From Octopus sinensis (taxonomy: Eukaryota): a stretch of DNA of 64,000 nucleotides. Made by a program: the position numbers and the translations under genes. The DNA is taken from the NCBI RefSeq assembly GCF_006345805.1, contig NC_043007.1:4960001-5024000 (forward strand). Direction: 5' to 3'. Under the pieces are notes generated by a model, which saw only the letters and a program-made list of their open reading frames with translations, had not been told where the DNA came from and ran no database searches. Of this stretch, positions 63,417-64,000 are shown in pieces; the stretch's first letter is position 1; each line of letters opens with the position of its first letter.

Positions 63417-64000
63417 CCACTACACTCACGGAGTGGTTGGCGTTAGGAAGGGCATCCAGCCGTAGAAACATTGCCAGATCAGACTGGGCCTGATGCAGCC
63501 TTCTGGCTTCCCAGACCCCAGTTGCACCGTCCAACCCATGCCAGCACGGAAAGCGGACGCTAAACGATGATGATGATGATGATAAACTGATAGTTTCCTG
63601 CTGGAGGTTTTTATAACATGCTTTGTGTCTCCAAGCAATCTCAGGCTCTGAGCCTATGGCCTATTTAATTTTTCAAACAGGATGCTGGAAGAAGAGAAAT
63701 TAGAAGAAAAAAATGAGAAGGCAGAAGTGGGAAAATACATGAGAAGAAAAGGAAAGAAAGAGAATTAGAGTTACACACACACATGTTTATGTAGGTACAA
63801 ACAATTTGAGGTATCAAATTGTTGGATCAGGAGATGAAAGTCAGGAAGAGGGTCACAGCCCAACTAATTAGGGAGAGAGAGAGAGTCTAGATGAGATACA
63901 GTTTGGTTTTGTGCCAGGGAGAGCATCACTGGTGCTATATTTCTGGTAAGGCAGCTGCAAGGAAGATAAACCTCTGTACTTGGCTTTTGTTGACTTGGAG

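Noticed and set aside
54300-64000. ALDH6A1, which I recall as the next gene after BBOF1 in human
   Set aside because: No aldehyde-dehydrogenase-like exons recognised in this window

Overview
AT-rich, repeat-dense animal genomic DNA. The SINE/LINE families and microsatellite load resemble octopus (coleoid cephalopod) genomes; this is an inference. Two intron-rich genes sit head-to-head. (1) On the - strand is an ENTPD5/ENTPD6-family apyrase (GDA1/CD39 family). Nine coding exons were traced from 16447 down to 1675, all GT-AG with matching phases, and the gene runs off the left edge. (2) On the + strand is an apparently complete 12-exon BBOF1/CCDC176 gene (23643-54203, 1515 nt CDS, 504 aa by my splice model) with RFX X-box motifs just upstream of its ATG. 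As I recall, human ENTPD5 and BBOF1 are also divergent neighbours, which points to ancient microsynteny. Introns and flanks are filled with decayed mobile elements: Ty3/Gypsy, mariner, RTE, CR1/L2, R4/Dong-like, Ingi/Vingi-like, a Penelope-like element with a GIY-YIG domain, tRNA-SINEs, MITEs and Helentron-like elements. Several short inverted-repeat elements carry hammerhead-ribozyme cores, including a perfect 132-bp palindrome between the two genes that encodes a hammerhead on both strands. Most ORFs in the supplied track are spurious readings of repeats. Repeat boundaries are approximate.
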